64,000 nucleotides of DNA from positions 15,376,001-15,440,000 of the forward strand of contig JAGIQG010000013.1 in assembly GCA_024679065.1 (NCBI GenBank), given 5' to 3'. Below are positions 39,786-53,701 of the stretch, one piece after another. Source of the DNA: Sphyrna mokarran (taxonomy: Eukaryota). The translations under genes and the position numbers were made by a program. The notes beneath the pieces were generated by a model, which did not search any database, was not told where the DNA came from, and worked only from the letters and a program-made list of their open reading frames with translations. Position 1 is the stretch's first letter. Each line of letters begins with the position of its first letter.

Positions 39786-40430
39786 GGGGAGGCGATGGCC
39801 TAATAATATTTTCACTCGACTGTTCATCCAGGTAGTCTACTAATGTTCTGAGGAGCAGCAGGTTGTGGAGTTTGAATTCAATAAAAAAAATCTGAAATTT
39901 AGAATCTACTGATCACTATGGAACCATTGTCGATTGTAGGAAAAATCCATCTGGTTCACTAATGTCTTTAGAAAGGGAAACCATCATCCTTATGTGGTCT
40001 GGCCTACATATGGCTCCAGAACCACAGCAATGTGGTTGACTCTCAACTGCTATCAAAGGGCAACTAGGCATGGGCAATAAATACTGGCCAGCCGGTGATG
40101 TCTCCAAGTCCCATAAATGAATGAAAAAACCTCACCTTATCAATTTTAAATAAAAATTGCCTTTGTACTAGTAATTGTGAGCTGTAGTACAGCAAATACT
40201 GAAACAACCATCAGCTGGGGAATTTGAGCAACGAACATTTCCTTTTCGCATGAGTATCACCGTATGATTATACTACATCAAAGCATGCTCCAATCCACTG
40301 GGCACATTTACCTTGGAGATTGAATATTACAAATTTAAGGCAGCATGGTGCAAACAAAGAACAATAAAAAAATTGCAAATAAACAAATGCGTCAGTATTT
40401 GAAGGATTAATTTACAAAACAGGTACTGAC

Positions 40431-40550
40431 CGGGGTGTTTCTTTCGTTTTATGCAGCATATGACGATGATGATGATGAGTATCAGAAGTAGAATAAACCC
40501 AACAATAGGCACCACAATAGCAGCAGCCAACCAGGCCCGATCTTGACTGG
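40431..40550 (-). CDS. IGSF5: IGSF5-like exon 4, transmembrane helix
   Basis: SQDRAWLAAAIVVPIVGFILLLILIIIIVICCIKRKKHP: hydrophobic helix, Cys pair and basic stop-transfer residues. Acceptor ctttgcAG, donor G|GTCAGT; 120 nt, phase 1-1. Confidence 0.9.
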
Positions 40551-43500
40551 CTGCAAAGTCAAATCAGGGAATTAGTCACTAGCTGACATCCCGAGCACAC
40601 AACCTATTTCTGATATGCAGTGTTTGGACATGCTGATAAGAAGCTATGAGGCTTGGGTTCAAAAACACCAGAGTGAAGTCAAGGTCAAGACATTCCCTCC
40701 CTATCTCACCTGAAGGTGTTGACTGTAGCTGGGATAGAGGTTCCAAAGGCACTTTCTTTGCTCACCCAAGCGTCTAACTTTTTATGTGAACTTATTTGAC
40801 TTTGAGGTTGTAAAGACTGAGACTTCGATCACCCAGTATCTTCATCCATGCATTTGAATAAATGGTATTAGCAATTAGCTGACCATCTCGTCCTAAGGGG
40901 ATTAAGGTCAATCATACACGTCCCCTCTTCCCCTCACCCGTCATTACACATCTGAACTCACCACAGACCATAATTTTAATGCCTAAAATCCCTTGTCCTT
41001 TTTCACGTAACTAACAAGAATTCTATTACTGCAGAATCATTGTAACATATTCCTGTTTAGAGTTCATAGAATCGTATAGTGCAAAAGGAGACCATTTGGC
41101 TCACTGAGTCTACACCACCACATTCCCACCCAGGCCCTGTCCCCATAACCCCAGGCATTTAGCCTAGCTAGTCCCCATGACAATAAGGGGAAGTTTAGCA
41201 TGGCCAATCCACCTAACATGCACATCTTTGGATTGTGGGAGGAAACTGAAGAACTTGGAGGAAACCCACACATACATGGGAAGAATGTGCAAACTCCACT
41301 CAGACAGTGACCCAAGCCAGCAATCAAACCCGGGTCCCTGCTGCTGTGAAGCAGCAATGCCAACCACTGTGGCACCACGCTGCCATGATCTAAAAAGTAA
41401 TAGAAGACATCAGAATTCTACAATAAAAGCAAAATACTGCAGACGTTCTTTACATTTTCGACGTTAGAATAGTGGTTACAGTTGAAAAATATTTCACCAG
41501 CTCTCCTGAGGTTGCTAAGTACCATAGAAATACGAGTCTTTTTGTTGTTTTATGATATAATTGTCACAAAATATTACACTCCTGACATTATTTTCTCAGC
41601 ATAATGTTCTGCAATATTTGTGTGACGTCAGGTGGTCATATAATGTAAGGAGATTTGCAAGATTCTACTAACCATTGATGTATCAACATTTCTTACTTTG
41701 TAACACTTTCATTTTTGAGTCCAAAGTTTGTCACTCTAGGACTTGAACGTGAGAAATGTAGCTGATACATCAGTACAGTCCTGTTACGGATACTGTCAAT
41801 GTGTTAAATAAAGACTCATCTGCCATCTCATTGATCTTGCTCTTGCTCTGGCTCTTGCAACTCCAAAGAGTTGTAAACAAAGTCCAGTCCATCACGCAAA
41901 GCAGCCTCCCATCTATTGACTCTGTCTACATTTTTCGCTGCTTCAGAAAAGCAGCCAGCATAATCAAGGACCCTACTTACCCTGGACATACTGTCTTCCA
42001 CCTTATTCCGTCTGGAAAAAGATACAAAAGTCTGAGACCACGTACCAACCAATTCTCTTCCATCTTCTTAATAGGAATTAGGATTATAGATAAGCCTAGT
42101 AGGTATGGATATGATACAGCGCAACTTATGGGCTGAAGGGCCTGTTTGTGCTGTAGTTTTTCTATGATTCTAAGATTCTATGATTCTTCCGTCAGGAAAA
42201 AGACACAGAAGTCTGAGGCCACATACCAACCAACTCAAAAACAGTTTCTTCCCAGCTGCCATCAGACTTTTGAACAGACCTACCTCATATTAAGTTGATC
42301 TTTCTCTTCACCCTAGCTATGAATGTAACACTACATTCTCCACTCTCCTTTCCTTCTCTATGCATGGTTTGCTTTGTGTGTAAAGTGTGCAAGAAACAAT
42401 AATTTTGACCATCTAATATTACATGTGACAGTAATAAATCAAATCAAAAATATAAAAGATCCCATTCTCACATTGCCCTGGCCAATATTTATCTCTCAAT
42501 CAATAACACCATGAATAAATTAACTGGCTATTATCAAACTACTACCTGTGGGAGCTTCCTGTTCACAAATTAGATGCCTTATTTCTCATATCGCAACCAA
42601 ACTAATCTTCAAAAGGTCCCTGTTTGACTGTGAAGCAATTTGGGACAGCCTGTGGTTATGAAAGGTACTTTATAAATGTAGGTATTTCTTTTAAACTTTA
42701 CCATCCTTTTATTTACGTGTCTGTCAAAGCAAATGATAGCACCAGCAATTTTTAAAAATTGTTCATTGACTCGCACCTTCTTTTCTTACATTCTCACGAG
42801 TGTTGACAAGTTTTGATCAATTTGATATGATGTTGATGTTCTCACCGCCAGCCACTGCTGTTATTATTATCCATATCATGTGGAATATTGTACAGGTTCT
42901 GACAGTCCACACTGGTTACCTTAAATATTGACCCATAAGTAACCTTTGTTTTGGGAACCCAAATTTGTCAGAAGATTAGCAAAGAATTGTTGTACACCAG
43001 TAATCAGTTTGAGAAGTGGAGAATGTGTAATAAAGATTAATTCTGAAAGATTGGGGTCTTCAATGTTACAGAACTTGTTTGTATACCAGAAAAGAAAATC
43101 ATTGAAAAGCATCCAGTCCACTAAATACTGAATTCATGGAGTGTTGTTTTAGCAGTGATGAGGAACTGATTGAGGTGATAAATTCAACAGGGAGCTGGAT
43201 AGATATTTGGTGAGGGAGGGTAGTTGAGAATGCTTTAAGACTGAGGTGAAGAAAAATTGTGAATTGTGTGGAATTCACTATCATAGAAAGTAGTTAAAGC
43301 CAAAACGTTTTGTGATTGTGAGAAGAAATTAGATATTACTTTTAAGGCTAAAGGAATCCAAGGGATATATGGGGCGGTGGGGGGGGAGTGGGACCAGAAT
43401 ATCGAATTTGGTGATCAGCCACGATCAAAGTAAATATTGGAGCAGGCTCAAAGGGCCAAATGGCCTACTCCTGCTTCTAGTTTCTAGGTTTCTATGTTTA

Positions 43501-43946
43501 GGTGGGCTGGGACTAGTCTTTTTCAGTCTTGTATGTTCCCTTTTGCCTCAGTTAACCCTAGTGGCTTCTGGTAATGCAGCGAAGTCTAATAAATTGTACC
43601 AAAGGTCTAAAACATAACATATAAGGAGAGTTCAAAATCTGGGCATTAAACATCTCAAATCTACTAGAAACCAAAGTCTTTTTTCTACAAACATGCAGTT
43701 TTCTTCATAATTCTCCATAAATAACCCAGTTAATACTTCCCTTCAGGTCATGTGACATTATAACAGCCTGAATACTGCCCTGTCATGTGATTAGGCATCA
43801 TAATTACTCCAAAGTAACCTATCCACTATGAATACTCCCAAGGTTCAAATGAAGCTTCTCTATGTAGTCCTCTTAGTCCCTAAAAGTGCAGGCACAGGAG
43901 CTGGCTTTGGGATTGGAGAAGTGCTCATCCATCTTTCCAGGAGGAT

Positions 43947-44156
43947 TGTAATAGTTCCTCAGAGGCAGAAGTCCCTTCATCAAAATCCCTTTATTTACAA
44001 GTCTGACAACAGCATATAGAACGCTTTCAACTAGCAATGTACACTCAGAATCCCAGAAGAACTGATATGCCTGGTTAAGTACACAGCAAGAGGTTTCTTG
44101 ATAGGTTGTTCATATTCCAACAGGCCCACATCAATTGCCTGATTAAAGTTATCACA
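43947..44156 (-). mobile_element. Probable solo LTR
   Basis: 210 bp bounded by TGTAATA...TATCACA, flanked by AGGAT/AGGAC, with a minus-strand AATAAA near 43990. Confidence 0.5.
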
Positions 44157-44445
44157 AGGACAATCCTCTTTTGATAGCCCTGCAGGGCCTGAGGGCCGAC
44201 AGCAAATTTGGCCGTGGGTGGAATCACACCTGAGATAATACCCTGCCCTCATCTGACACTAGCATGTGCACTTCAACAGAAATCAAAAAGAAAATTCAAT
44301 ACCTTTCCCTTCCTCGGCCTGGGGGCAACCAAGACCAATGATAATGGCAATCTCACCACCATTAATCAAATTCCTCATTTTCCAAAGACAATCTGGAGAT
44401 GATCCTGTTTGACATGGTTCAATTTCACAGAACTAACCTTTATCT

Positions 44446-44644
44446 ATGAGGTGGAGGTGCTGGTGTTAGACTGGGATGGGTACAGTCAGAAATCTCACAA
44501 TACCAGGTTAAAGCCCAACAGGTTTATTAGGAATCACGAGCCTTCATCAGGTGGCTCAGCTGATGAAGAAGCAGTGCTCTGGAAGCTGAAGATTCCAAAT
44601 AAACCCATTGGACTTTAACCTACTGTTGTGAGACTTCTTACTGT
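44446..44644. mobile_element. Miniature palindromic PLE derivative
   Basis: Inverted arms with CTGATGAAG core remnants on both strands and the tail on the left. Candidate TSD TTTATCT at 44439-44445 and 44649-44655. Confidence 0.75.
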
Positions 44645-44756
44645 AAAATTTATCTTGTGAGGGAATCCTCATACAGCCTTGGGTGAATATGTAGCTTGAC
44701 ATTGTGATTAATCAGCAAGCATCAACAAGCCTAAAGTTACTTCCATCCATACTTAC

Positions 44757-45056
44757 GCGGTTTCACAGTGATGTAAAGTTCAGCAGTTTTAGGCTGAGGA
44801 AGTGCCTTTATATTGGCCAGGCATCTAACTTCAGCATTGGCACTAAGTGTAAGATTTAATGTGCTGATGGCATTGTAGAGATGTTCAGAAGCTGGTTGAA
44901 AAGTGCTGGTGTACATGTTTGAAAGCACACTTGTTTGATTTTTTGTCCAGGTGATAGTCGGGGAAGGGTTCCACCCGTTTGCCTTACAGACAATATCTGT
45001 GCTACGGTTTGTCACCACAGATGAAATCTTGTTCTCAAAATATACAGTTCCGGCAA
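44757..45056 (-). CDS. IGSF5: IGSF5-like exon 3, second Ig domain
   Basis: VAGTVYF...IVCKANGWNPSPTITW...YNAISTLNLT...VRCLA shows the Ig C-W-C pattern. Acceptor ctgccacAG, donor C|GTAAGT; 300 nt, phase 1-1. Confidence 0.92.
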
Positions 45057-46139
45057 CTGTGGCAGAATAAAAGCAGAAGGTTAGTTTCATCAGAGGTAAA
45101 ATTGACAGTTATATTTCTGAACATTCTTTAAATAGGAACTATTCTGAAAATAGCTGAAGTGCTTTTTTTGTCCTTTGTTATCACTTCCTTTGCATCATAC
45201 AAAACACCCTCCCATCCATTGACTCTGCCTACACTCCCCAAAGCCTCGGAAAAGCAGCCAGCATAATCAAGGGCACCGATCATCCCACACATTCTCTCTT
45301 CCAGCTCCTTTCATCGGAAAAAAGACACAAAAGTCTGAAGTCAGAAACCAACTGACTCAAAAACAACTTCCTCCCTGCTGCCGTCAGACTTTTGAATGGA
45401 CCTACCTTACATTAAGTGGATCTTTCTCTACGCCCTAGTTATGACTGTAACACTACATTCTGCACCCTCTCCTTTCCTTTTCCCCTGTGTACTCTATGTA
45501 CACAATGTCTGTATGGCTCTCAAGGAACAATATTTAGCAGGCAATTGCCTAGTGGCATTATCATTAGGCTGTTAATCTAGAAACTCAACTAATGTTCTGG
45601 GGACCCTGGTTCAAATTCCACCATATAAGGTGATGGAATTTGAATTCAATTAAAAACATGCGGAAGTATCTACTGATGACTATGAAACCATTGTTGATTG
45701 GTGGAAAAATCCATCTGGTTCACTAATGAGCTTTAGGGAAGGAAGTTTGCCATCCTTACCTGAACTGGTCTACATGTGACTCCAGAGCCACAGCGATGTG
45801 ATTGATTCTCAACAACCCTCCATGGACAAGTAGAAATGGGCAATAAATGCTGGCCCAGACAGTGATGCCCATGACCCACGAACGAATAAAAAAAAACTTT
45901 GCACTGTATCCCAATTTATGTGACAATCATAAATTGAATCAAATCCTTGCTGTCAAACCTATTTTTTTAATCAACCAACTTAGAGATGTGAGAGTGTACA
46001 CTCTATTGATCCTTCTCAGAATGTGGGCATCACTAACAAGACTGGCCTTATTACCCATCGCCAACTATTTTGAGAAGGTGGGAGGCTTGTTACTTGAAAT
46101 GCTGGTAGCGTTTGGTCTGACTAGCTATACTTGATCACA

Positions 46140-46620
46140 TCAGACATGGCATAAACGTTCTGGAGAAAATACTGAGGAGATTTACAAGAATGTTGCCAGG
46201 ACCTGAAAATTGGATATGTGGAAAGATTACTGAGGCTGGGGTTATTTTATTTGAAAAGGAGGCTGAGGGTGACCTGATAGAAGGGTCACGATAGAGTTGT
46301 CAGGGATCCCTGATTTCCCCAAGCAAAGAGGTCAGTTATCACGGGGCACAGACATAAGATGAAAGGGTTAGAGAAGACATGAGGAAAAATTTATTCACAC
46401 AGAGAGTAGTGGGTGATTAGAATTTGCTGTCTGTGATTTGTTGTGATAAGACAGATATCTTCAATCTTTTAAAAGATACTTGGATCTGCATGTAAAGTGC
46501 TATAACCAGCAAGGCTATGGATAGGGTTCTGGAAAATGGGATTTGATTGAATAGTTAGATTTTTAAAACATTTTTTTGGCCAGTGCAGACATAATGGTCT
46601 GAATGGCCTCCTTCCATGCT
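46140..46620 (+). mobile_element. Degenerate CR1 LINE 3' fragment
   Basis: GAGATTTACAAGAATGTTGCCAGG and GAGGGTGACCTGATAGA motifs plus a CR1-type 3' end. A similar old fragment lies at ~4170-4630. Confidence 0.7.
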
Positions 46621-47372
46621 ATACAATTTCTAATGTTTGCTAATCAAAGCGTTAACCACCTAGATGTAGAACTGGAGTCACACATACCCAGACTTGGTAA
46701 GGACAGACTATGTCCTTCCCTCAAAAACATTTGTGAACCAGTTGGGTCGTTACAACAATTCAACAGTTTTATACTCATTTCCAGTAATGCCAGATTTTTA
46801 TTTATTGATTTTTTTCTTAAATTGAATTGAAAGTGTTAATTTGCCATGATGACATTTGAAATCATAAGACAGAGAAGCAGAAGTGTGCAGGTTAGGTGGA
46901 TTGGCCATGCTAAATTGTCCCAAGATGTTCAAGCTAGGGGCAGATTAGTTGGGTAAATACATGGCGTTACAGGGATAAGATACTCTGTCAGAGGGTCGGT
47001 GCAGACTCAATAGGTCGAATGGCCTTCTCCTGTACTGTAGAATTCTATGAAGTAGGCCATTTGGCCCATCATCAAGTTTTCCAGATTATTAGTCCACTGA
47101 CAGAACTCTTGCATTACCTTACCTTCAAGGTTCTGCCCAAACTGCTGAGAACCCAAGGGCAGATCTTACCTGCATACATGCCACGCTCCCACTGCCGTGA
47201 GGTCAGAGAATTTGGTGGCCAGCCAAGTCTCCGTTCACTGCAAGGGGATGGGAAAATCCTTCCAGAATGAAAAGATCCGGCCCCAATTAAGATCATAAGC
47301 TGCAGACAATCAAAGCCATGGCAATGTAGTTCCATGAAAGTGCCATTGAATTGAGGCCTGCTCTTGCAGCAA

Positions 47373-47443
47373 GGTACTTGGCTCATATGGAACTCTATGT
47401 ATATATATATAATATATATAGAGTTCCATATGAGCCAAGTACC
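47373..47443. repeat. Perfect 26-bp inverted repeat around a (TA)n spacer
   Basis: GGTACTTGGCTCATATGGAACTCTAT (47373-47398) and its exact reverse complement (47418-47443). Confidence 0.95.
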
Positions 47444-48059
47444 ATCCTATCAATTTCAATTCAATTCTCACTTTATTATTCTTAAGAAAATTAATTTTGG
47501 GCATATTGCTCATTTATTAAACATGACATGAATGAACGATAACAATTCGAAGAAAGAAAATTACTTTATCATAGAGGTCTAACTTAATTAAAATGTGTAG
47601 TAAAATTTATTCCAGCATATTAAAATTACCAGTCGGTGAATTCCAACCTCAGACATTATAATGTTACTATAAAGAACACAGGAATAGGAGCAGAAGTGGA
47701 CTACACTGCCTTCAAGTCTGCTCTCCACCATCCACACAAACAAGCCTGATTCTGGGCTCCAATACCATTCCCCTCCCCCTCCCAACATCACTTAATTCCC
47801 TGAGACTGAGAATCTGTCTGTCCCAGCCTTAAATGGGTGAGGTTTTCTTGGAAATTGGCAAAGACTGATGGTGGGTGGGAAATGTGATCATGAAGCTGTT
47901 GACAGCAATGGCAGCTTTCTCTGTCGCATAGTCCTGGGAGTCCAGGGATAAGAACCAGGACATTGCGCTGGCAGGGCACCTCCTGCACCCACACTGCCAG
48001 TAACTTTGGCAGCTGAGGATCAGGGCACCATTTTTAAAGTTTGTCCCAGGGTAAAGAGA

Positions 48060-48590
48060 GCAAAGGAGTTCACCTGGCCCAAGCCAGGAATGTGATGGAA
48101 TACTCCCCAGTTGCCCAGATGGATGCAATTCCAACAACACTCAAGAAGCTCAACACCATCCAAGACAAAGCAGCCTGCTTGACTATTACCACATCTATAA
48201 GCATCAACTTCCTCCACCACCAAAGATCAAAAGCAGCAGTTATTTACAAGATGCAACCGCATTGATTCACCAAAGATCCTTAGACAGCACCTTCCAAACG
48301 CACTTACATCTAGAACGACAAGGGCAGCAGATACATGAGAACCCCACCATCTGGAAGTTCCGCTCTAAGTCACTCACTGTCCTGACTTGGAAATATATTG
48401 CCGTTCCTTCGCAGTCACTGGGTCAAAATCCTGGAATTCTTTCCTTAAAAGCATTGTGGGTCAACCCACAGCACACAGATTGCAGCAAAGCAAGAAGGCA
48501 GCTCAGCACCATTCTCTTAAGGGCAGCTAGGGATAGGCAAGAAATGCTGGCCAACCAGTGACACCCATATCCCACAAATGAATTTAAAGA
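48060..48590 (+). mobile_element. LINE 3' end sharing its tail with the second tRNA-SINE family
   Basis: Coding end AQARNVMEYSPVA...LKKLNTIQDKAACL; tail consensus AGGGCAACTAGGGATGGGCAATAAATGCTGGCC. Related copies at ~14520-14835 and ~3480-3960 (minus). Confidence 0.7.
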
Positions 48591-51500
48591 ATCCTCCCAG
48601 CATCCCCCTGGCACTGTCTCCAGCACTACCTGAGCACTGCCTGGGCATAACTCTCTCCCCACCTAATACTTCACTCATCTGACCTTCCCTGGGAGCTCAG
48701 ATCACAAGATCCATGTCTTGGGAATCCAGTCATGATTCACACCGAGGTAGATGGATTTGCTGATGGGGGCAGGCGGGCAGTGGGAGGAAGGATTCAGAAA
48801 AAGAGGTCTGATAATTTTATACTAATATATTCAAATGATGATCCCGACCTTTAATATTGGGGAAATATACCTTTCAGTGACAGGTGAGGAACCAATGGTA
48901 CACTATGTTTACACCAATGTAACACGCGACTTTGTGGTTCTTGCAAAGGCAAGGCAATGACCCAGTGGTATTATCACTAGACGTTTAGACTTTCACAGCA
49001 GATGGTGGAATTTGAATTCAATAAAAAGATTATATGGCATTAAGAGTCTAATGTTGATCATGAAACCATTATCGATTGTCAAAAAACCCCATCTGGTTCA
49101 CTAATGCCCTTTAGGGAAGGAAATCTGGCACCTGGCCTACATGTGACTCCAGAGCCACAGCAATGTGATTGACTTTCAACTGCTCTCTGAACAAGAGCAA
49201 CTAGGGATGGGCAATAAATGATGGCCAGCCAGTGATGTCCATGTCGCAAAAAAAAAGTTTGGTTCCCATTGCCCGAACCCACATAAGGGAATGGAAAATC
49301 TCAGCCAATGCACCTGGGATCCGATTGTCCCATCTTGACGTGCATGTTTTTTGGCGCGTTGGGATGGGAGATGAGCATATCAGCCATTTTGCGGGATTCA
49401 CGCATGCGTTCCTGACGCAAGCGTATCTCCCATTGGTGGATCGCGCTGGAAACTGGCGGGAAGAGAGGTAATTGATTTAAATCTGTTTTTAGTCTTATTT
49501 AAACGTGAGTATCGGGCACGGGGCTGATTTTTCCAGGCTCGATAGCATCTCCCACCCACCAGGAGAATTTCATCCAGCAGGACTTAGAGTCGCTCCCCAC
49601 TTGTGGAGAACTAGCAGGAGACCCCGTCATAGTGAAGGGGGGGACAATCGGGCTCCCCCAGGGGGTTGGGTGGAGGGGATGGTACATCCCAGGGATGGGC
49701 ACCCTGGCAGTGCCAAAAGGGGCAAAATGCCCATGCCCCAAGGCACCTTGGCACTGCCCACCAGGCATCGGATAGTGCCAAGGGGGTGGGGCCTTAAAGC
49801 CTATCTCTTTCACCAAACCTTTTGACAGCTGTCCTAAAATCTCTGTTAGGTTTTGATTGATGTTCCTCCATAGGTTTTTTTTTCCCATGTTCTTGTTGCA
49901 CAATAAAATGGAGCCGGATATCCATCCACCCTCCTGGGCCGTGGATAGTTGTGAATAGAAGGGCAGGTGGAGGGGAGATGAATCAAAATGGCCGACACAG
50001 GATGAAAACACCCCTCAAGCCCTGGGAATGCGTAAAGAATTGGAAACACCACAAAATCGGAGCACACAAGATGAAGATGATGGGAAGGATTGCCTTCACT
50101 TCTATAATTGAATAGCATGAAAAGCTCCAATGATGCATTTCCTCCAGTCTTTCCATTTATCTTTTTAATCCCCTGCCCTGACTCCCAGTCCTTTCATTTC
50201 ATTCTCATCTCATGTTTGTAGTCTCTGATCTTATTAACTGAGAGGGTGGTGTTTGTCAACTCAAAGAGATTCACATTTGGGCTGTGTGATGGTCACAAAT
50301 AAGTCAAAATGGGGCCTGAGATATGAAGCTTGACAGAAAGTCTGTGTGCTCCATTCTCACTTTGAATCTTCCAGATACAAAGCAGCCCTCAGATTCTCAC
50401 CAATATCTGCATTATCAGTTACAAATTGGCTTCCAGATAGTGTAAAAATAAAGTACCCAGGATGACAACTGTAAAAAGAACTAGAGGTGTATTAGAAATC
50501 GTTAAATTAAAAAATTGGCAAATGTTGGAAATTCTCAGCTGATTAGGCAGCATCTGAAGAGAGTTAACCCTCCCCAGCTTTTCCTGCATGTATTTAAACC
50601 CTGTGAGTGGTGGTTTTTCCCCTATCCCCACCTCACTGGGAGCAGGATGCGGGGGCCAAGGCCAGGCAGGAAGGGAGGATTGGGGGAGCGATCTGTAAAG
50701 GAGGCCAATGGTGGAGGAGATCCCTTCCCCTAACTCTCTGGGCTGAGGGCTGAACAAGCTGAGCTCCTATCCAAGAACCACTCCCACCGGGCGTGAAAGA
50801 GAGTTTCCAGTCAATGAACTTTTACCAGAGGGAGGGCAGAAATTTACAGATGGGTTAGAAAGTGTCCAGGGTGGACATCATGCCACCTTCCAATAAGCCC
50901 AAACCTACCTCCTATTTTGCAGAGGCGGGCAAGGACCTGGGCACATCCTTGTCACAATTGAGATCCTTTAATTGTTAACTATTGAGATTTTGAGGACGGG
51001 ACGAGAGGTTCATAGATGGAAACTCACCTCATTCAGCCCGGAGAGTTAGGGGAAGGTTCCCTTCAGTCACTGGTCCCCTTTACAAATCGCCCCTTCCACC
51101 CCTCCCCCAATGCTCCCTGCTGCCAGGCCTTGCCCCCTACACCACCCACCCCCCCAACCCAGCCCCATGTCCTGCTCCCAGTTCTTTTTTTTTATTTATT
51201 CATGGGATTTGGATGATGTTAGCTGAGCCAGTATTTATTACCATTCCCTAGTTGCCCTTCAACTGAGTGGCCTGCTAGGCCATTTCAGAGGGCAGTTGAG
51301 AACCAACCACATTACTGTGGCTCTGGACTCACATGTAGGCCAGACCAGATAAGGATGGCAGGTTTCCTTTCCCTAAAGGGCATTAGTGAACCAGGTGGGT
51401 TTTTCTGATCATCGACAATGGTTTCATGGTCATCAGTAGATTCTTCATTTCAAATTTTTTTTATTGAATTCAAATTCGACCATCTGCTGTGAAGGGATTT

Positions 51501-52460
51501 GAACCCAGGTCCCCAGAATGTGAGCTGAGATGCTGGATTAATAGTCTAATGATAATACCAATAGGGCATCACCTCCCCGGTGACGCAGGGAAAGGGAAAA
51601 ACCCGCCACCTGAAGAGATTAATAGGTCTTATACAAGTTCAGAGGTGGGGAAAGCTGGGGAGGGTAAAGAACAAAATGGAAGCTCTATGATAGGGTCTGA
51701 GGCAGAAGTGATTGAACAGTAAAAGGGATGATGCTGCAATAGAAGATGAGGTTATAATTATAGAATCATATAATTATGATTATATGATTCTATACAGGGA
51801 TAAGTTTTTCACTCAGAGTGGAATCAGCTGCCGTCAGTGGTGGTAGAGGCGAACTCGCTTGGTCTTTTAAAATACTTCTGGATGAGTACATGCGATTTAA
51901 TAGGATTGAGAGTTATAGATAGTTCTATGGCCTGGTAGGTATGGATATAATCGGCACAACTTGTGGGCCGAAGGGTCTGTTTGTGCTGTAGTGTTCTATG
52001 TTCTATGTTCTATATCATATAATTCTGAAAAAGGCCATTCTTCCCATTGTGTCTATGCCAACTCTTTAGGAAATTAACGATTTAATCTATATCCTGTTCT
52101 TATTCTGCAAATAGTTCCTTTTCAATCAAAGGCCTCAGGGCTTTTTCAATGTATGACTCCACCTTAGGAATTTTCCAGTCATGTTGCCCCAAAGCCGGAA
52201 AATCCCAGCCAAGATCAACAGGCCTTTCCATGGTCCGTGTCCTGCCTCTTACAATTCCTAGACAGGAAAATTACCCCCTATGACTCTATTCTCTTTTGAA
52301 CACTGTTATTGAATCTACTTACACCAATCTTTCTGATGGTGAATTTCAGATCAAGACAGCTTGCTGTGCATATTAAAAAAAAAACTCTATGTCACCTCCT
52401 TGTCAATAACTTAAACTACCTCAATAATTTTGCCAATTATCTTAAATGTGTGTCCTATGA

Positions 52461-53252
52461 TCACGCGGATAAATGTGTAGTGGTTCATTTTGGCAGGAAT
52501 AATGGGATGAAGGAGTACAATATAAGGGGTAGGAGTCTTAGCTGTGTTGTAGAGCAGAAGGATCTCGGGGTCCGGATCCATAGGATTCTTAAATCGGCCT
52601 CGCAGGTGGAGGAAGTGGTCAAGAAGGCGTACGGTGTACTGGCCTTCATTAATCGAGGAATTGAGTTTAGGAGTCAGGAGGTAATGATGCAGCTCTATAA
52701 GACCCTTGTCAGACCCAACTTGGAGTATTGTGCGCAGTTCTGGTCGCCTCACTATAGGAAGGATGTAGAGGCTATTGAGAGAGTGCAGAGGAGATTTACA
52801 AGGATGCTGCCTGGATTGGGAGGCAGGCCTTATGAAGATAGGTTGAGGGAGCTGGGACTCTTCTCACTGGAGAGACGTAGGTTGAGAGGCGACCTGATAG
52901 AGGTTTATAAAATGTTGAGAGGAATAGATAGGGTGGACTCTCAGAGACTATTTCCCTGAGCTGAAATGGTCACTACGAGAGGACACAGATTTAAGGTGCA
53001 GGTAAGCAAATACAGAGGGGATGTTAGGGGTAAGTTTTTCACTCAAAGGGTGGTGAGTGAATGGAATCGGCTGCCGTCGGAGGTTGTTGAGACAAACTCG
53101 CTGGGGTCTTTTAAAAGACCTCTGGATGAGTATATGGAAACGAATGGGATAGGAGGTTATAGATAGGTCTGTGGATTGGCAGATGTGATCGGCGCAACTC
53201 ATGGGCCGAAGGGCCTGTTTGTACTGTATTGTTCTATGTTCTATGTTCTATG
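52461..53252 (+). mobile_element. CR1 LINE, 5'-truncated and relatively young
   Basis: ORF2 C-terminus KCVVVHFG...EQKDLGV...LYKTLVRPNLEYCAQFWSP...ERRRLRGDLIEVYK...TRGH; (TTCTATG)n tail. Confidence 0.92.
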
Positions 53253-53360
53253 AACCCTTCATAATTTGAAACACTTCGATCAGAAGTCCCCTCAACATTC
53301 TCCCGGCTTTCCTGTTCTCCCCGCAGTCCCTCGGTTTTTTAATTGGAGAAATACACTGAC

Positions 53361-53675
53361 CTTGCACAAACAAATCTGCCTGTTGATATTCGTCAGTCTG
53401 AATGTTGCACTGCACAGTTGCATTGTTTTTCAAGGTCACAGACCAGATGATGAGTTCTGAAGTAAAAGTATCCCGGGTTGTATAGTTGCGTTGGCCGTAC
53501 TGAGGGTCTGTGATAATTGGTTTTCCTGGCACCACGGTAAGGACAGGTGAGCCATTCATTATCCAGATAATAATAGACCAAGGCTTCCACACCGTACAGT
53601 TGAATGCAGCATCAGAACCAAGCAAAACAAAGGCATTCTTTGGACCTTCTCGGATACTTGTAGATAAACACATAC
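53361..53675 (-). CDS. IGSF5: IGSF5-like exon 2, first Ig domain
   Basis: EGPKNAFVLLGSDAAFNCTV...IIW...PIITD...FTSELII...VQC...ADLFVQ closely resembles human IGSF5 Ig1 ([20 protein letters not shown]...PIITND...FTSEMII). Branch point CTAAT, polypyrimidine tract, AG acceptor, donor AG|GTCAGT; 315 nt, phase 1-1. Confidence 0.92.
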
Positions 53676-53701
53676 CTAAAAAAGGAATAGTGGACATTAG
53701 A

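Noticed and set aside
49260-50130. Overlapping 94-170 aa ORFs in a GC-rich block
   Set aside because: No recognisable domain; the sequence looks like decayed GC-rich repeat and LINE 3' material.
52309-52959. Longest ORF in the track (216 aa) as a host gene
   Set aside because: It is the C-terminus of CR1 ORF2 with read-in from flanking DNA.
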